A stretch of DNA of 64,000 nt. It comes from Cycas panzhihuaensis (Eukaryota; Plantae; Cycadophyta). Where the stretch lies: positions 203,181,741 through 203,245,740 of the forward strand of contig CM041465.1 in the NCBI GenBank assembly GCA_023213395.1, in the 5' to 3' direction. Positions 63,001 to 64,000 of this stretch are shown in pieces. Positions within the stretch are counted from its first letter, which is position 1. Every line of letters starts with the position of its first letter. The position numbers and the translations under genes are program-made. The notes beneath the pieces are model-generated. The model was not told the origin of the DNA. It did no database searches and was given only the letters and a program-made list of their open reading frames with translations.

Positions 63001-64000
63001 ACCTCAAGGTGGGCTTAAGGGTTGAGCACATTGATGAAGTCAAAAAGAAGATCAGAAGCAAAGGGGCATTGGCATGAATGGACCAAGTTTTAAAAATAAT
63101 GAATAAAATCCTAAGAGAACTTATCTACCTCTTATTTCATAAAAAAGAGTACTTTGACCCCCATCTCAAAAGGACAAGTAACATCAAAATAATTAATGAA
63201 TGATTCTACAAATTGTTGGAAGTAATGGGTGGATGCATTTGGCAGCTTGTATAACCATTTTAGGGAATCACTCACTAAGGTTTTAGGGAAGATCTACATC
63301 TTGATATGATCATAAGATAGGTAGTTAATGAATATAAGTGTAAAATCTTATACATGACCAGTCAGATCTTGACTCAACTCACCTCTAACTTGGGGGGTTC
63401 AAATATAAAGGGTGGGAGAGGGTATAAGAGAACCGTTTATAGGAAGGGATTCCTCTTATAATCAATATAAGTCCTCCCTATCATAAAAGAAGAGGAGGAA
63501 GATAGTTGTATACTAGATTAAGGTAAAGGAACCACTCTATATGTGGGTTGACCTTGGGTTGGAGTAGGATTAGCAGCATTTGAAGCACTAGCATAAAAGG
63601 TTAAATCACCATATGGTTGAGTGGGTGGTTGTATGTTGGTGATGCTAGTCTAAGGTTCATGAGAAGTAGGCATGTTGGGTTGTAATGAAGCCTAAGGAAT
63701 ATGGATATTACCTCAAAAAAGAGTGTATTCACCCATGCCTAAATGGGATGCAAAGGATTAACCATAATGCATTCCAAGTTGGGGATCAACTCCCTAAATG
63801 AATTGAGGAGTGAATGTAGTGATGAGCTTGAAAAGGGATGGAATGAGACCAATAGAAGGTGGTTATGTCTATGTGAAAATGGGAGGTGCCTAATTGGTAG
63901 GAATGGATTCTATTTGGATGGAATTAAATAGTATGGAAGCAGGTGTACGAGAGGATGAGGATGCAAGAACCAATTGTGAATGAGTAAGGCATTACCCCCA

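Larger units (their letters stand above)
53045..64000 (-). mobile_element. Ty3/Gypsy (Tat/Ogre-like) element H: degenerate gag-pol interrupted by G. It runs off the right edge, and its 3' region probably extends left through F, E and the PMD ORF.
   Basis: Gag DLTGHV..F...IFPKTL...LKWLYKLP (63150-63400); WCTYYQTNTHD..EC; protease ~61700-61990; RT PKDNF, SLMD.FLGYNQI, TP...YKTMPF, VYLNDMIV, LNPFK...HIISKE..IDLDKIKAI; RH ECLTLVFTTNKLWHYL; IN LLRCL..ECH, GLDLISQIYPPSSIGHKFII, IITDNG, GPYL...NGA. Confidence 0.92.

Overview
This is a gene-free, AT-rich, strongly CpG/CHG-depleted stretch of a large plant genome. The Tat-type Gypsy with a PMD ORF and the short-LTR Copias suggest a gymnosperm-like source, but that is inference. 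Almost all of it is a nested stack of decayed retroelements, labelled A-H here. Five are Ty1/Copia elements: A 3713-8751 (-), B 9300-15628 (-), C ~19989-36752 (-), D 20941-25118 (+, inside C) and F 47429-53034 (-). A full-length L1-clade LINE (30175-36224, +) lies inside C. A large Tat/Ogre-like Ty3/Gypsy element H (-) has gag-pol at 53045-64000 and probably carries an antisense PMD ORF at ~41630-46480. Two copies of a small non-autonomous Gag-only (TR-GAG-like) LTR family are inserted there: E 41908-45210 (+) and G 54979-60447 (-). No intact host gene, tRNA, rRNA or CRISPR array was found. The most unusual signals are: a conserved tandem double primer-binding site plus an internal relic pol-end/PPT in the E/G family; possible relic LTR/PPT/PBS units just inside the LTRs of B, D and F, which may reflect repeated LTR replacement; two independent clean RT deletions; a Q/N/G/Y prion-like repeat in the Gag of F; a nested-stem RNA domain and a weak 5S-like tract in the leader of B; and a CpG-retaining cargo segment in G. 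All alignments, translations and counts were done by eye and are approximate.
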